From the IMG/VR virus record IMGVR_UViG_3300045922_001059, positions 1 to 56,375 of that record: a stretch of DNA of 56,375 nt, one strand, 5' to 3'. Each line of letters opens with the position of its first letter. The first letter of the stretch is position 1. Shown here one piece after another: positions 10,119-20,400 of the stretch. The notes under the pieces are model-generated. The model had not been told where the DNA came from. It ran no database searches and saw only the letters and a list, made by a program, of their open reading frames with translations. The translations under genes were made by a program, and so were the position numbers. This DNA comes from a virus. Taxonomy: Duplodnaviria; Caudoviricetes.

Positions 10119-10456
10119 TAGTCTGCCTCATTTCGGTAATGCACCCCAACTGTCACGCCGTTGAAGATTCGCCACGTGCTGCCGTTCCGGAATGTCTGCT
10201 CTTCCAAATAGGGCAGCACTTGCCCGTGTAACCAGGCGGGGCAAAAATCCTGGCCCGCGGGCGTGAGGAAATGTGTGTAATCCGCCCCCAGTCGCGCCCC
10301 CTCTGCCTCGATTGCCGCCGTGTTCTCTGCGGTGGGGCATTCGGGCAGGACGGTGATACCGACAATCCTCGAACCCCACACGCGCTTGGCAGGCACGTGA
10401 GCCAGGGAGAGGCCGGGTAGCACAAGCAGCAAAACAGTTAACAGCAAGTTATACAC
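10118..10456 (-). CDS. Small protein with signal peptide
   Basis: Leader MYNLLLTVLLLVLPGLSLA; coupled to neighbours. Confidence 0.55.
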   Translation of the reverse strand: MYNLLLTVLLLVLPGLSLAHVPAKRVWGSRIVGITVLPECPTAENTAAIEAEGARLGADYTHFLTPAGQDFCPAWLHGQVLPYLEEQTFRNGSTWRIFNGVTVGVHYRNEAD

Positions 10457-10814
10457 GGCTCCGCCCCTCCCGAAGTCTGCTAATTCGCTCCTGAACCGGG
10501 TGGGGCCGCCGAATTGTCTGTCCAGGCCCCAACTCCACCTCTTCCTGAATTTCGACCTGCCCTGCCGCGGTTTCCACTACGCGCAGCCTGGCATAGTCGC
10601 GGTGCACCATATTCATCAACTCCGCGTTTGCGCTTGTGAGATCAACGACACGGACGGCATCAAGCGGTATGGTTGTCTTAGCTGTTCCAGCGACTGGGTC
10701 GTAGACAAGCCAGGGCTGCAAATCCACTTCGGGCTGCTCTGGGTCTTCAAATGACCAGATGAGATGCACCTTCCCAGTCGAGTCTGCCAATAAGCCTTTA
10801 CGCGGTACTCTCAT
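10449..10814 (-). CDS. Hypothetical tail-associated protein
   Basis: 121 aa ORF directly after the tail-tip gene. Confidence 0.55.
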   Translation of the reverse strand: MRVPRKGLLADSTGKVHLIWSFEDPEQPEVDLQPWLVYDPVAGTAKTTIPLDAVRVVDLTSANAELMNMVHRDYARLRVVETAAGQVEIQEEVELGPGQTIRRPHPVQERISRLREGRSRV

Positions 10815-10824
10815 ACGTAGTCCC

Positions 10825-13800
10825 TCACCACAACGAAACTGTTACCGTGCCTGACTGGTTCACCGTCCCATAGTTGTAACAACGGACCCAAATATTGCTT
10901 GACGTGTCTCCGTCACCACCAGTGAATAATATGGTAGTCGATGTCGTGTGGTTTGCCACCGTCCATAACGGAATGCGGCCCACGCTGTGTGAAATGATGA
11001 GCGTTACCGATGCGCCTGCATTCACGGTGCCGTGGTTGCCTGTCAACTGTCCTACTTGCTGCCTTTTCGACGATGTAACTTGGTCGTTCCCAACCCCGCC
11101 GGTCTGCACCTGATAACTCGCTGGCACGTTCTGCCATACCCCGCCGGTGACAGGGTTGGTGTACTCCACGCCATTCACGGTACGCCGGAAGGCTTGAATT
11201 CCGTAGCTCACCACGGCCCCCTGTGGCAGGCTCCACAAAAATGTGAAAGCCCGCACCGACGCGGAGACTTCCACGAACTGCTCATTCGGCGTGGCCGTGT
11301 TCGCCTTCTGGTATCGGATAATGAAGCCGTCTGCGGGAAGGGTGCCCTGGGTATAACTCCAAATGAGCTTGTGCTCTCGGGCGCCTGTCTCGGTGACAAT
11401 GTTGCTGATCCCGATGGCTGAAATGTTGTTGGTCGGCGGCCCCGGATCCAAGGACTGCACATAGAGGCTTGCTGCCACGTTCTGCCAGGCCGCCGTGGTC
11501 GTTTTGGTCCCCCCTTCTACCCCACTGGTCGTGTAGCGGAATGGTTGAATCGCGTAGCTGACCACGCTCCCGGCGGGCAGACTCCAGTTAAACGTATATG
11601 CCCGCGCCTCCACGTTCAGTCGCACCTGCTGCTCATCCGGGTTGCTTGTGTTCGTCGCCTTGTAGAACAGTATGAACCCGTCCGCCAGCCGGTTCTCCCC
11701 CTCCATGGCAGGCTGATCGTAACTCCAGGTAAGCTTATGCTGCCGTTCCCCGCTAGCTGACGTAGTGTGTGTGATAGCCAGGTTGTATGGGTTGTTCGTC
11801 GGCGGGCCGGGGATGCGTGTCGGCTGCCAGCCCGTCCCGCTCACTGCGACGAGGGTTCCGCTTTGGATCTGTGCCGTCAGCTCTACCTTCGCAGTCGTGT
11901 CGCCCGGCACCTTCCCCGCGTATGCTTCAATGCCGTTCCCCTCCCCAATGCCGCGCTTGCCAATGCAGGCATACGCAGACCTGAATTGAAAAGAGGAGGA
12001 CTTGAGCAGGGTCGCGCTTCCCCCCATATCCTTCAGACACCCCAGTACGCCCCACAGGCCAGTGTCCGGATTGTTATTATTCGCGAACACGCTGTCCCCG
12101 CCCCCCTGGGTTCCCAGCGCATTCCAGCCCGTCAGCCCGTCCGCGAAACTTCCGTTGCTGACCAAATTCGTGCCGCTCTCCGCCGTGCTGCCCGCGACCA
12201 GGAAGATGTCTGTGACATGTGCGGTGAAATTCGGAGTGGCGTCCCCAAAAAATCTGACATTCACACTCGTGGTGCCACTGGGTAAGGTGAATGTCTCCGA
12301 GAATCGGACAAACTGCGTATTCGTTGCGGTTAAAACGATCCCAGACGTGTCGATCCCGCTCCCCTGCACGTCCAGGTTGAGCTGCCCCGCCGTGCGCGTG
12401 CGAAAGTAGATTCTGCCGCTCAGCGTATATGTGGCGCCGCCGGTCAGACCCGAGACCGTCTGCTGCCTACCGAATGTGTTTCCACTTGCACACACAAGGG
12501 TCATGTATGTCTCATTTGCCAACCTGCGCGTCTGCGGCTCATGCGCGCCCAAGGCAACCAGGACATTGGAGGCGCTGCGGCGGTTGTATTCCAGTCGGAA
12601 GTTAATGACCTCGGCGACTTTATCATACACGTCAAACACGTCGCTGAAGACCTTCTGTCCGGCGCTGTTAATCTCAATCAGGTGCCAAGAGCGCGGAAAC
12701 CCCGAATTGTAGACCTCCACGGTATCTACGAAGACACGGGCGTAGTTCCCGGCAGACTGTCCGGCAGCCTGGGCTTTGATCGTGTGCTGCTCGAGGCCGA
12801 AGATATCCCCTACATAGTTTGGCTTCCCGGCGCTGACCCCGCGCCAGTCCGGGGAGGTGGTGGGGCTCTGGATCGCGCCGATCTCCAGGTGGTTGTCTGT
12901 GCGGCGGAAGGCAGACACGCCGAAGCTGACCTGCTTGTCGCTGGGAAAGCCCTTCAGGGTCAAACGCACGAGAGAGGTCCCGCTGTTTTGCGCCCCGACC
13001 TCGAAATGCGGGTCCGTCAGCGCAGGCTCCCCGTCCCCGTCTTTGACAAAGACAAAGAACCCGTCCGCCTTCCGCGTGCCCTGGATATACTGCCACTCCA
13101 GGGTGTAGCTGACCGAGCCGTCTGTGTTGACCTCGTCGTCCCGGTCCGTGGGGGTCGGGGCGTTGCTTGGCCCCCCGGTGGTACGATAGTTCACTGTGCC
13201 GTCAAACGCGGTCTTGCCGTCGGCGGCGTTGAGGACCACCGTGGAGGCGGGCACCCCGGCGATGGGGTTGGTGTAGTTCCCCACCCCGGCCTCCTGGTGC
13301 CAGTCCGGGCTGACCGTCGGGGACTGGATCGCCCCGACGGCGAAGCCGCCGGTCCTGGGTTTGCGCGCCGCCGCCAGCCCGAAGCGGTAGTTAGCGTTCG
13401 GGTTCACGCCGTGGAACGTGTACGTCGTCGCGCTCAGGCTGAGGTGAACCCCCTTGTCGACCGCGGTCGGCGCGCTCTGCGTCGTGGCCCCGCTCCGCCA
13501 GAACAGGATCAGCAGGTCCGCCGGGCGCGCCCCCTGCACGTACGGGTCCCAGGTCAGCTCAATATCGAAGCTGCCGTCCGGGTTCGCCTCCGCGCTCATG
13601 GTGCTCGGGACCGGGTTGGCGGAGGGCAGGTCCGTGTCCGCGGGGACGCTGACGGTCAGGATCAGCGCGGCCACGCCGATCTGGAACCCCACGGCGTTAA
13701 AGCCGTTGACCGCGTAACACTCCAGGTCGTACACCAGGCCCGGGTCGACGAAGAGGTCCACGGTCACGTTCGTCTGCCCGGGCGTGACGGTCACCCGGCG

Positions 13801-16623
13801 CTCGCTACGGATCGCCTGCTGCCCCGCGCGGATGGCGCGAAACACGAGCTCGGTCACGTTGACCGCCGGCGCGTCGGCGTGCACCCGGATCCGCGACTCG
13901 ACCACGCCGTTGCTGTTGATCGACGTGAGCGGGATGTCGTTCGTAAAGTTTGCCGGGGTGGCCGGGAAGGTGAAGCTGTAGTCGGTGATCGTGTCAAAGC
14001 CGCGCGGGACCGTGATGGCGCTGGGGGTGTACGTAAACACCCCGGCGTCCCAGGCGCGGAGGAACAGCCCGATCCGCAGCCCCTGTACCTCGAGGCCGGC
14101 CACCATGAACGACCGCTGCGTGTAGCGGTATTTGGGGATCGTGACGGAGACGACCTGTCGCAGCTGCAACACCTGCGCGCGGCTCAGCGCCACGGCGACC
14201 AGGGGGTCGGCCAGGCGCCGGGCTACCTTGAACCGGTAGTCCGCCTCGCGGTCAACAGTCGCGGCGTCCGCCAGGAAGGGGTTGGCCTCCCGCACTTCCT
14301 CCCCGCGCGTTCCCTCGGTGCGCTCGGCCGTGAGCAGGTATGATCCGCCGCCGGAGAACCCGGGGTCGAACGCCCCCTTGAGCTCGAGGAGTTTGACCCG
14401 GCTCTCCAGCGGGACCGGCGCCCGCTCGAGCCCGCCCGGGTCCAGGTTCTCGAGCACCCCGTCCCCCGCCCCCAGCGCGATCGGGGCGTTCGGGTGCGCG
14501 GCGGCGCTGTCCACAATCTCTGTGTAGGCGCCGGCCGCGCCGCGGGTGAGGTGCGCCCCGCGTACAAGGAGCAACGGGAGGAGGTCGGCTAGCGCGACCT
14601 GGCGGTCCAGCCCGCCGCCGCATTTATACGAGACGGCCGCGTAGTCCGCCGCCGCCGCCGCGAAGCCCGCCGCGTCCACCGCCTTGCCCAGCCCGTGAGT
14701 GGCGTCCGAGAGGAGCCACTCGGTGACGGTCGCAAAATTTTCGTCAAAGTCCGTCGTGACCAGGTCCGCCTGGATACGCATCAGGCGGCCAGAGCCGTCC
14801 CGCTGGTCCACCGGGAACCGGACAAAGCGGGACAGTAGGTCCACCACCGCATATTCGGATGCCGGCACCACCCGGCCGTCGCGGTAGACGGTCCGCACCG
14901 TGGTGGTCTTGCCGGGCCGGGGCGGCTTGATCGGCCCGTAGTAGTAGTGGCGGGTGAACGTGTAGGTCGCCGTGTTCCCGGCGTCAGCTTGGAGGTGGAG
15001 CGCGGTCGTGAGGGAGAGGTGGCTGTCGGTGATGATGTGCTTGCGGATCACCCCGTCGCCGTCGCCGATGAAGGCGTTATGGAGGTAGCCGGTGTAGGAC
15101 CCCGCGGCGTTGGCCTCGCAGGCCACCAGGTACTCGGTCACCGTCGCCCCCACCCAGGCGGCGGGCAGCGGGATTTTGCGCCGGTACCACCCCTTCTGCA
15201 TCCGCGCGGACAGGTCGGTGTTGGGATGCGCTGACAGCCCGTTCTGGTCGACCTGCCCCGAACCGCGCAGCGTGGCGCCGGTGGACAGCCCCAGGTCGAG
15301 CGCGATCAGCGGCGCGCCGGCCGGCCACCAGACGTCGTAGTACAGGTGGTCGCCGGTCTGCACCTGATAGTTGGTGATGCTCGACAGGTCGTCGTAGCGG
15401 AAGTTGTTCGCTAAGGTCGCGGGGAAGGTGTAATCGCACTTGAGGAGCGCCTTCAGGCAGAGCGCCAGGTCGACCTTACGCCAGACCCCGAACGGGACGA
15501 GTTCGGAGAGTTCGGCCGTCCCGGACGTCGAGAGGTCGGCGCTGGGGTAGCGGTCCAGCACCCGCACCCGCGGGACCAGGGTCTGAAAAAGCTGCTCTTC
15601 CTGGCTCCGGACGGTGAGGGTGCCGCTGTCCGAGCGCAGGTCGACCTGGGCGACCACCCCGAAGAGGGTGGCAACGTCTGTGCCGGCCGCCACGTTGCGG
15701 ACCCGCACCCGGGCCGGCCAGCCGGTGAAGTCCTCGATCGCCAAGATCTCCGCGAGGGTGGGGATCGGACTGCTCGCCCGTTCGATGAGGGAGCAGGAGA
15801 CCGTGGCCTCTTCGTCCCCCGGGACCCCGGTGCCGACTTCTGGCAGAAACTGGCGGAGGTGGACCGGCTCGGTGATGCGCGGGGTGTACTCCGGCAGTGT
15901 CTCGTGAAAGGCGGAGCTGAAACGGTAGAGCGGGCGGCTGTAGGACACCCAGGTGCCGTTCGTGATTGTGCCCGCCTGGGCGCTGTTCGCGGTATTGCCC
16001 GCGACGGTGCCCTGCCCCTCGTTGAATTTCCAGTAGGCCGCCAGCCCGCCGGTGGTCCCCAGGAGCTCCTGGCGGAAATCGGCGCGGATTTGGTCCTGGG
16101 TGCGAACAAAGGTGAAGACGCGGACATCGTCGATCTCGCCGACCCACGCGAGCGTCCCGTCGGCGCGCGCGCCGACCCGCAGCGGCGCCGTCGACACCAT
16201 CGTGGCGGAGAGTGAGTCGTAGAGCGTCGTCATGGTCTCGCGCCGGCCGTCGACGTAGAGCACAATGCCGGCCGGGGTGGAGGAGCCGTCGTAGGTCGCC
16301 TCGACGTAGTGCCAGAGGCCGTCGGCGACGTTGGTCGACCCGATGACGCTCAGGTGGTTCGTCGTATTGGCATTGATGAGATTGAGCCCGACGACGTTAG
16401 TGGAGTACACGAACAGCTCGTAGCCGCGGAACGCGGCCGCGGGATCGAGCTTGGACACGACCGCCCGGCTGGCGCCGGCATCGGTCTTGCGGATCCAGGC
16501 GCCGATCGAGAATGGGCTGGTCCGCTCGAACGCGTGGACGTTCCCGCAGTCGACGTACCCGGTCCCCGCGAATGCCAGGCAGGGGCTGTAGAGGTCCAGG
16601 AGACTGACGAGGGGGTCGGCCAC
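10825..16623 (-). CDS. Tail tip / host-specificity protein: N-terminal LamG (ConA-like), central tail-tip region, four FN3-like repeats, ILEI-like domain with a CBM insert
   Basis: 1932 aa. LamG motifs (FSIGAWI, DGLWHYVEATYDG, LYVDG, GEIDDVRVF, LAAYWKFNEG); repeated P-[ST]-N...L.W.Y.Q...ADG units; position after tape measure and distal tail gene. Confidence 0.75.
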   Translation of the reverse strand: MADPLVSLLDLYSPCLAFAGTGYVDCGNVHAFERTSPFSIGAWIRKTDAGASRAVVSKLDPAAAFRGYELFVYSTNVVGLNLINANTTNHLSVIGSTNVADGLWHYVEATYDGSSTPAGIVLYVDGRRETMTTLYDSLSATMVSTAPLRVGARADGTLAWVGEIDDVRVFTFVRTQDQIRADFRQELLGTTGGLAAYWKFNEGQGTVAGNTANSAQAGTITNGTWVSYSRPLYRFSSAFHETLPEYTPRITEPVHLRQFLPEVGTGVPGDEEATVSCSLIERASSPIPTLAEILAIEDFTGWPARVRVRNVAAGTDVATLFGVVAQVDLRSDSGTLTVRSQEEQLFQTLVPRVRVLDRYPSADLSTSGTAELSELVPFGVWRKVDLALCLKALLKCDYTFPATLANNFRYDDLSSITNYQVQTGDHLYYDVWWPAGAPLIALDLGLSTGATLRGSGQVDQNGLSAHPNTDLSARMQKGWYRRKIPLPAAWVGATVTEYLVACEANAAGSYTGYLHNAFIGDGDGVIRKHIITDSHLSLTTALHLQADAGNTATYTFTRHYYYGPIKPPRPGKTTTVRTVYRDGRVVPASEYAVVDLLSRFVRFPVDQRDGSGRLMRIQADLVTTDFDENFATVTEWLLSDATHGLGKAVDAAGFAAAAADYAAVSYKCGGGLDRQVALADLLPLLLVRGAHLTRGAAGAYTEIVDSAAAHPNAPIALGAGDGVLENLDPGGLERAPVPLESRVKLLELKGAFDPGFSGGGSYLLTAERTEGTRGEEVREANPFLADAATVDREADYRFKVARRLADPLVAVALSRAQVLQLRQVVSVTIPKYRYTQRSFMVAGLEVQGLRIGLFLRAWDAGVFTYTPSAITVPRGFDTITDYSFTFPATPANFTNDIPLTSINSNGVVESRIRVHADAPAVNVTELVFRAIRAGQQAIRSERRVTVTPGQTNVTVDLFVDPGLVYDLECYAVNGFNAVGFQIGVAALILTVSVPADTDLPSANPVPSTMSAEANPDGSFDIELTWDPYVQGARPADLLILFWRSGATTQSAPTAVDKGVHLSLSATTYTFHGVNPNANYRFGLAAARKPRTGGFAVGAIQSPTVSPDWHQEAGVGNYTNPIAGVPASTVVLNAADGKTAFDGTVNYRTTGGPSNAPTPTDRDDEVNTDGSVSYTLEWQYIQGTRKADGFFVFVKDGDGEPALTDPHFEVGAQNSGTSLVRLTLKGFPSDKQVSFGVSAFRRTDNHLEIGAIQSPTTSPDWRGVSAGKPNYVGDIFGLEQHTIKAQAAGQSAGNYARVFVDTVEVYNSGFPRSWHLIEINSAGQKVFSDVFDVYDKVAEVINFRLEYNRRSASNVLVALGAHEPQTRRLANETYMTLVCASGNTFGRQQTVSGLTGGATYTLSGRIYFRTRTAGQLNLDVQGSGIDTSGIVLTATNTQFVRFSETFTLPSGTTSVNVRFFGDATPNFTAHVTDIFLVAGSTAESGTNLVSNGSFADGLTGWNALGTQGGGDSVFANNNNPDTGLWGVLGCLKDMGGSATLLKSSSFQFRSAYACIGKRGIGEGNGIEAYAGKVPGDTTAKVELTAQIQSGTLVAVSGTGWQPTRIPGPPTNNPYNLAITHTTSASGERQHKLTWSYDQPAMEGENRLADGFILFYKATNTSNPDEQQVRLNVEARAYTFNWSLPAGSVVSYAIQPFRYTTSGVEGGTKTTTAAWQNVAASLYVQSLDPGPPTNNISAIGISNIVTETGAREHKLIWSYTQGTLPADGFIIRYQKANTATPNEQFVEVSASVRAFTFLWSLPQGAVVSYGIQAFRRTVNGVEYTNPVTGGVWQNVPASYQVQTGGVGNDQVTSSKRQQVGQLTGNHGTVNAGASVTLIISHSVGRIPLWTVANHTTSTTILFTGGDGDTSSNIWVRCYNYGTVNQSGTVTVSLW

Positions 16624-17438
16624 TACCCCACCTCCTCAAACACCAGCGGCATGGCTGCCCCGACCCCCCCCTGCATCGCCCACCGGACTTCCCCCAACCG
16701 CCGCATCACGTACGCCTCCTGCGGGCGGTGCAAATTCGGACACACGATCACCGGCTGTGCCGGGCTTGTGCTCAGCGCGAGCATGGCCCCCTCTTCGTTC
16801 TCGGTCGCGTCCTTGGCGTAGTTGAGAAAGAACTCCCAGGGCAGGTCGAGCCGCACCTGCCGCGCCCCCAGCTGCGCGACCTCCCGCCGCCCCGGCCACG
16901 CCTGCTCCTCGACCGGGTCGATCAGGGTCTGTTCCAGCGGCCGGCGGGCGGTGAGTTCGACGGCGGCGACCGCGAACAGCGCCGATTCAACGGCGTAGTA
17001 TGTGCCGCCACCGTCCGTCGCCTGGTTGGCCCCGATCAGCAGCCGCACATAGCGGTGCCCGGGCGCGGTCCGGCCGGTGTTGAAAAAGAAGAGCCCGTGC
17101 CGGCGCTCCACGACCGTGTTTGTGGCGACGGTGATGGGGAGGGAGATCGCCGGCGTCCCCCAGGAATCCGTGGCGTTGGCCTGGAGGGTGGCCGACGGGA
17201 AGTTCGCGCCGCGCACAAACAGGGCGACGTACCCGGGCGGGGACGCCCCCAGGTCAAACCGCAGCCACTGGTCAGCGGTCTTCGTCGTCGAGCGCCAGGG
17301 CAACCGCGGGTTCTCCCAGTCCAGGACGTTCCCCGCGAGAAAGCCGCTGGCCTCGGTGGACGCGGTGACGGTCACCCCGGTGGTCAGTGCCCGTGCGTGG
17401 AAAAACAGCCCCAGAAGCCCAGAGGACGTCAGTGCCAT
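16623..17438 (-). CDS. Distal-tail-position protein with discoidin/F5-8-like galactose-binding fold
   Basis: TASTEASGF...WRS...QWLRFDLG...RYVRL; lies between tape measure and tail tip. Confidence 0.6.
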   Translation of the reverse strand: MALTSSGLLGLFFHARALTTGVTVTASTEASGFLAGNVLDWENPRLPWRSTTKTADQWLRFDLGASPPGYVALFVRGANFPSATLQANATDSWGTPAISLPITVATNTVVERRHGLFFFNTGRTAPGHRYVRLLIGANQATDGGGTYYAVESALFAVAAVELTARRPLEQTLIDPVEEQAWPGRREVAQLGARQVRLDLPWEFFLNYAKDATENEEGAMLALSTSPAQPVIVCPNLHRPQEAYVMRRLGEVRWAMQGGVGAAMPLVFEEVG

Positions 17439-17444
17439 GACCCT

Positions 17445-20400
17445 CTAACTCAGTGTGTGTTCAACAACCCCGCGCACGACGCGCCGGGCGCGCCCGCGCG
17501 TGAGCGACTGCACCATCCGGTCTTCCGCCAGGTCCGCGATCCGCCGCGCGAGCTGCTCCGCGTCGACCGGCGCGCCGGGCGGCACATGCACATCAATGTC
17601 GTTCGTTACCATGACCGGCCCGGCCGCCCCCGCGGCCCCCGTCCCCCCCGGCACCTGCGCCGCGGCTAGGAGAGCGGCGACCTGCTGTTCCAGGGCGGCC
17701 AGATTATGCTGGCGCCCGACCGGCGCCGTTAACGGGGGCCGCGCGCGCCACTCCGCGGCCGCCGCCGACAGGTCGCTCAGCGGCTGCACATGGACCCACT
17801 CCGGCGCAACTTCGCCCACGCGCAAGAGCTGCCCCGGCGGCCCCACAATCCCCGAGAACCCGTGTTGGGCCGGCGTCGCGGTGGCCAGCGCGTCGCGAAT
17901 TTGCTTGAGGTAGACCGCCACCTCGTCCCTGGTAATCCCGAGGAGGTCGGCAAATTTTTTCTCGACGTCGTCGTAGTGATCCAGCAGCCGCTGGCGGTCC
18001 TGCTCCAGCTGCTGTTTCTGTTCTTCCAGCAGGGCGATCTGGCGGACGGCGATCGCGTCCTGGATCTCGGCCAGGACGGTGAGCTGTTTCTCCAGCTCCC
18101 CCGCCAGCGCGTCGCGGACGGCCTTGAGTTCCTCGTCCGCCAGCCGCTGCAGGTACTGGACCTGCTCCTGGGTCTGCCGGTTTAGGGCCTCCAGGTCCCC
18201 GGTCAACCCGGTACTGATGGCTTCCAGCTCCGCCTCGAGCCGTGCGCTGATCGCCTCCAGCGTCCGGGACAGTTCCTCCTGAACCCGCTCGATGGCCTCC
18301 TGCTCGGCCTTGATCTCGTCCTCGATGCGCTGCAGGTCAGCCTCGATCTGCTGCCCGACGGCCAGGATCTCCTGTTCGACGGTCTCGGCCCGTGCCCCCT
18401 CGGCCAGCGCCTGGTCGCGGAGCTGCTCGAGCTCCCGCAGGATGTCGGCGAACAGGTCCGCGAAGTCGGCCGAGGGCCGCTGGAAGGGCGAGACCTGCAG
18501 CATCTGCTGCAAGACCGCCTGGAGCTCGCCCAGCACCTGTACCCGGTCGAGCCCGGTGACCGTGGCGGCCCGTTGCCGTAAGGCCTCCGCCTGGCGCTGG
18601 AAGTAGGCCAGCTGTTCGGGCGGGGAGAGTGGCGCCGCCGGGGAGGCCAGGAGCGCCTGGATCTGCTGCTGTAAGGAATCGCCCAGCTGCTGGAACGCCT
18701 GCGCGATCTGGAGTTCTTTCTGCAGGGCCTCGAGGCGTGTCCGGGCCGCCTCCTGGGCCTGGCGCGCCTCCTCCTGCAGGGCCTCGATGCGGGCCTGATG
18801 CGCCTCGATCTGCGCCTCCGCCTGTTGCCGTGCGGCCTCCGCCTCGGCCTCCGCCTGCTGCCGCGCGGTCTCGGCCGCCGCCTCGGCTGCCTCCCGCAGG
18901 GCCGCGGCCGCCGCCTCCGCGCGCGTGGTCACCTCGGTGATGAGTTGATTGTAGTGCGCGGTGATCCGCTGCGTCTCCGCCTCGAGCTGGGTGTTGAATT
19001 GCGCGATGAGATTCTGCCCGAGCTGGTCAATGGAGGCGGAGAGCGACTGGAGCTGCTCGAGGTCGAGGTCCCCCAGGATCCCGGCCCGGGTGCCGATATG
19101 CCCCCCGGTGGTCCCCAGGAGGTAGTCCCGCAGCGGGGTCACGTCGGTGGTCGTGAGGGGCTGGGACACGCCCGGCACCGCCCGCAGCCCGAGCGCAATG
19201 TCCGCGACCGAGAGCCCCCCGGAGGGGCCGGGGATGACCGGCGGCGGGACGAACGTGAACGGGATGGTGGTCGTGGGCAGGAGCCCGGAGACGTCCTGCC
19301 CCAGGATGTGCCCGATGGTCGGCAGGAGCACCCGCTCCCGCTCCTGGCGCAGCAGGTCGAGAGAGCCTTGCGGGGTCAGCCCGCGCGCGGAGGCGATCGC
19401 CTGGGTAAAGGTAAATGCCTGGCGTAGGCGCTCGATCTCGAGGTTACGGATGTCGCGGTCGACCTGCTTGATCGCCTCGTCGAGCGCCTTGAGCTGCTGG
19501 TCGAGCTGGTCAAGCACGCCGACGAGCGAGAGCGCCTTGGCCGAGGTCTCGTCGATGGCCACCCCCAGCTTGACAAACTCTCGCACCACTGCCTGCTCGC
19601 TGATCTGGAAGTCCTCGAGCGAGAGCGCGGCCAGCCCCTGCGCCTGTCGCAGCTCGTTGAGCTTGAGGATGGCCTCCTCGATGGGGATGGCGCCCGCCTT
19701 GATGGACTCGGCCAGCCGCATCACCTCGTCGGTATAAAAGCCCGTCTCCTCCGCCGTCCGCTCGAATTCCTCGGCCAGGAGCTTGTTGGCCACGGCCGCC
19801 GTGTCCACGCGGTCGGAAAACCCGGTGAGGACGTCGAACGCGCCCTTGAGGACTTTGTTGAGGGTGACAATGTCCTCCTGCCCTTCCCGGACCTCCTCCA
19901 AGTATTCCTTCAGCGAGAGGCGGTTCTCCTCGTCCTTGAACCCGCCCTCCAGGGCCGTGTTGATGTCGGTCAGCGCCTTGTGCAGGTCAAACCCCATGGC
20001 GTGGGCCAGCTCGAGCACCTTCTGTTGGGCCTGTTCGATGGAGAGCCCGGCCTCCTCGAAGGCGGATTGCGCCAGGTTGGCGAACCGCTTGATGGTGCCG
20101 ATGCCGCCTTCGGGGGCCTGCAACGCGTAGGTCGTGCCGAGCGCCTCGAGCCCGCCGCGCACATCGGCGTAATTGACCTTCGCCCGCGGCAAGAACTCCC
20201 CGATGTTGGTGAGCGGGACGTTGATGCCAAGGGCGGGCTGGAGAAAGTCCTCGAGCCCCTGGCGCTCCAGGGCGATGCGGCCGGGCCGGTTGAGGCCGAA
20301 CAGGTCCCCGCCGAAGAGCGAAGCGAGGATCGCCGCGCCGGCCACGAACGGCTGCTGCGGGCCCGGGATGAGGGAGGCGGCGCCCAGCCCGCCGCTGAAG

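Noticed and set aside
252-16623. Diversity-generating retroelement acting on fibre genes
   Set aside because: No reverse transcriptase and no adenine-specific template/variable repeat pair noticed.
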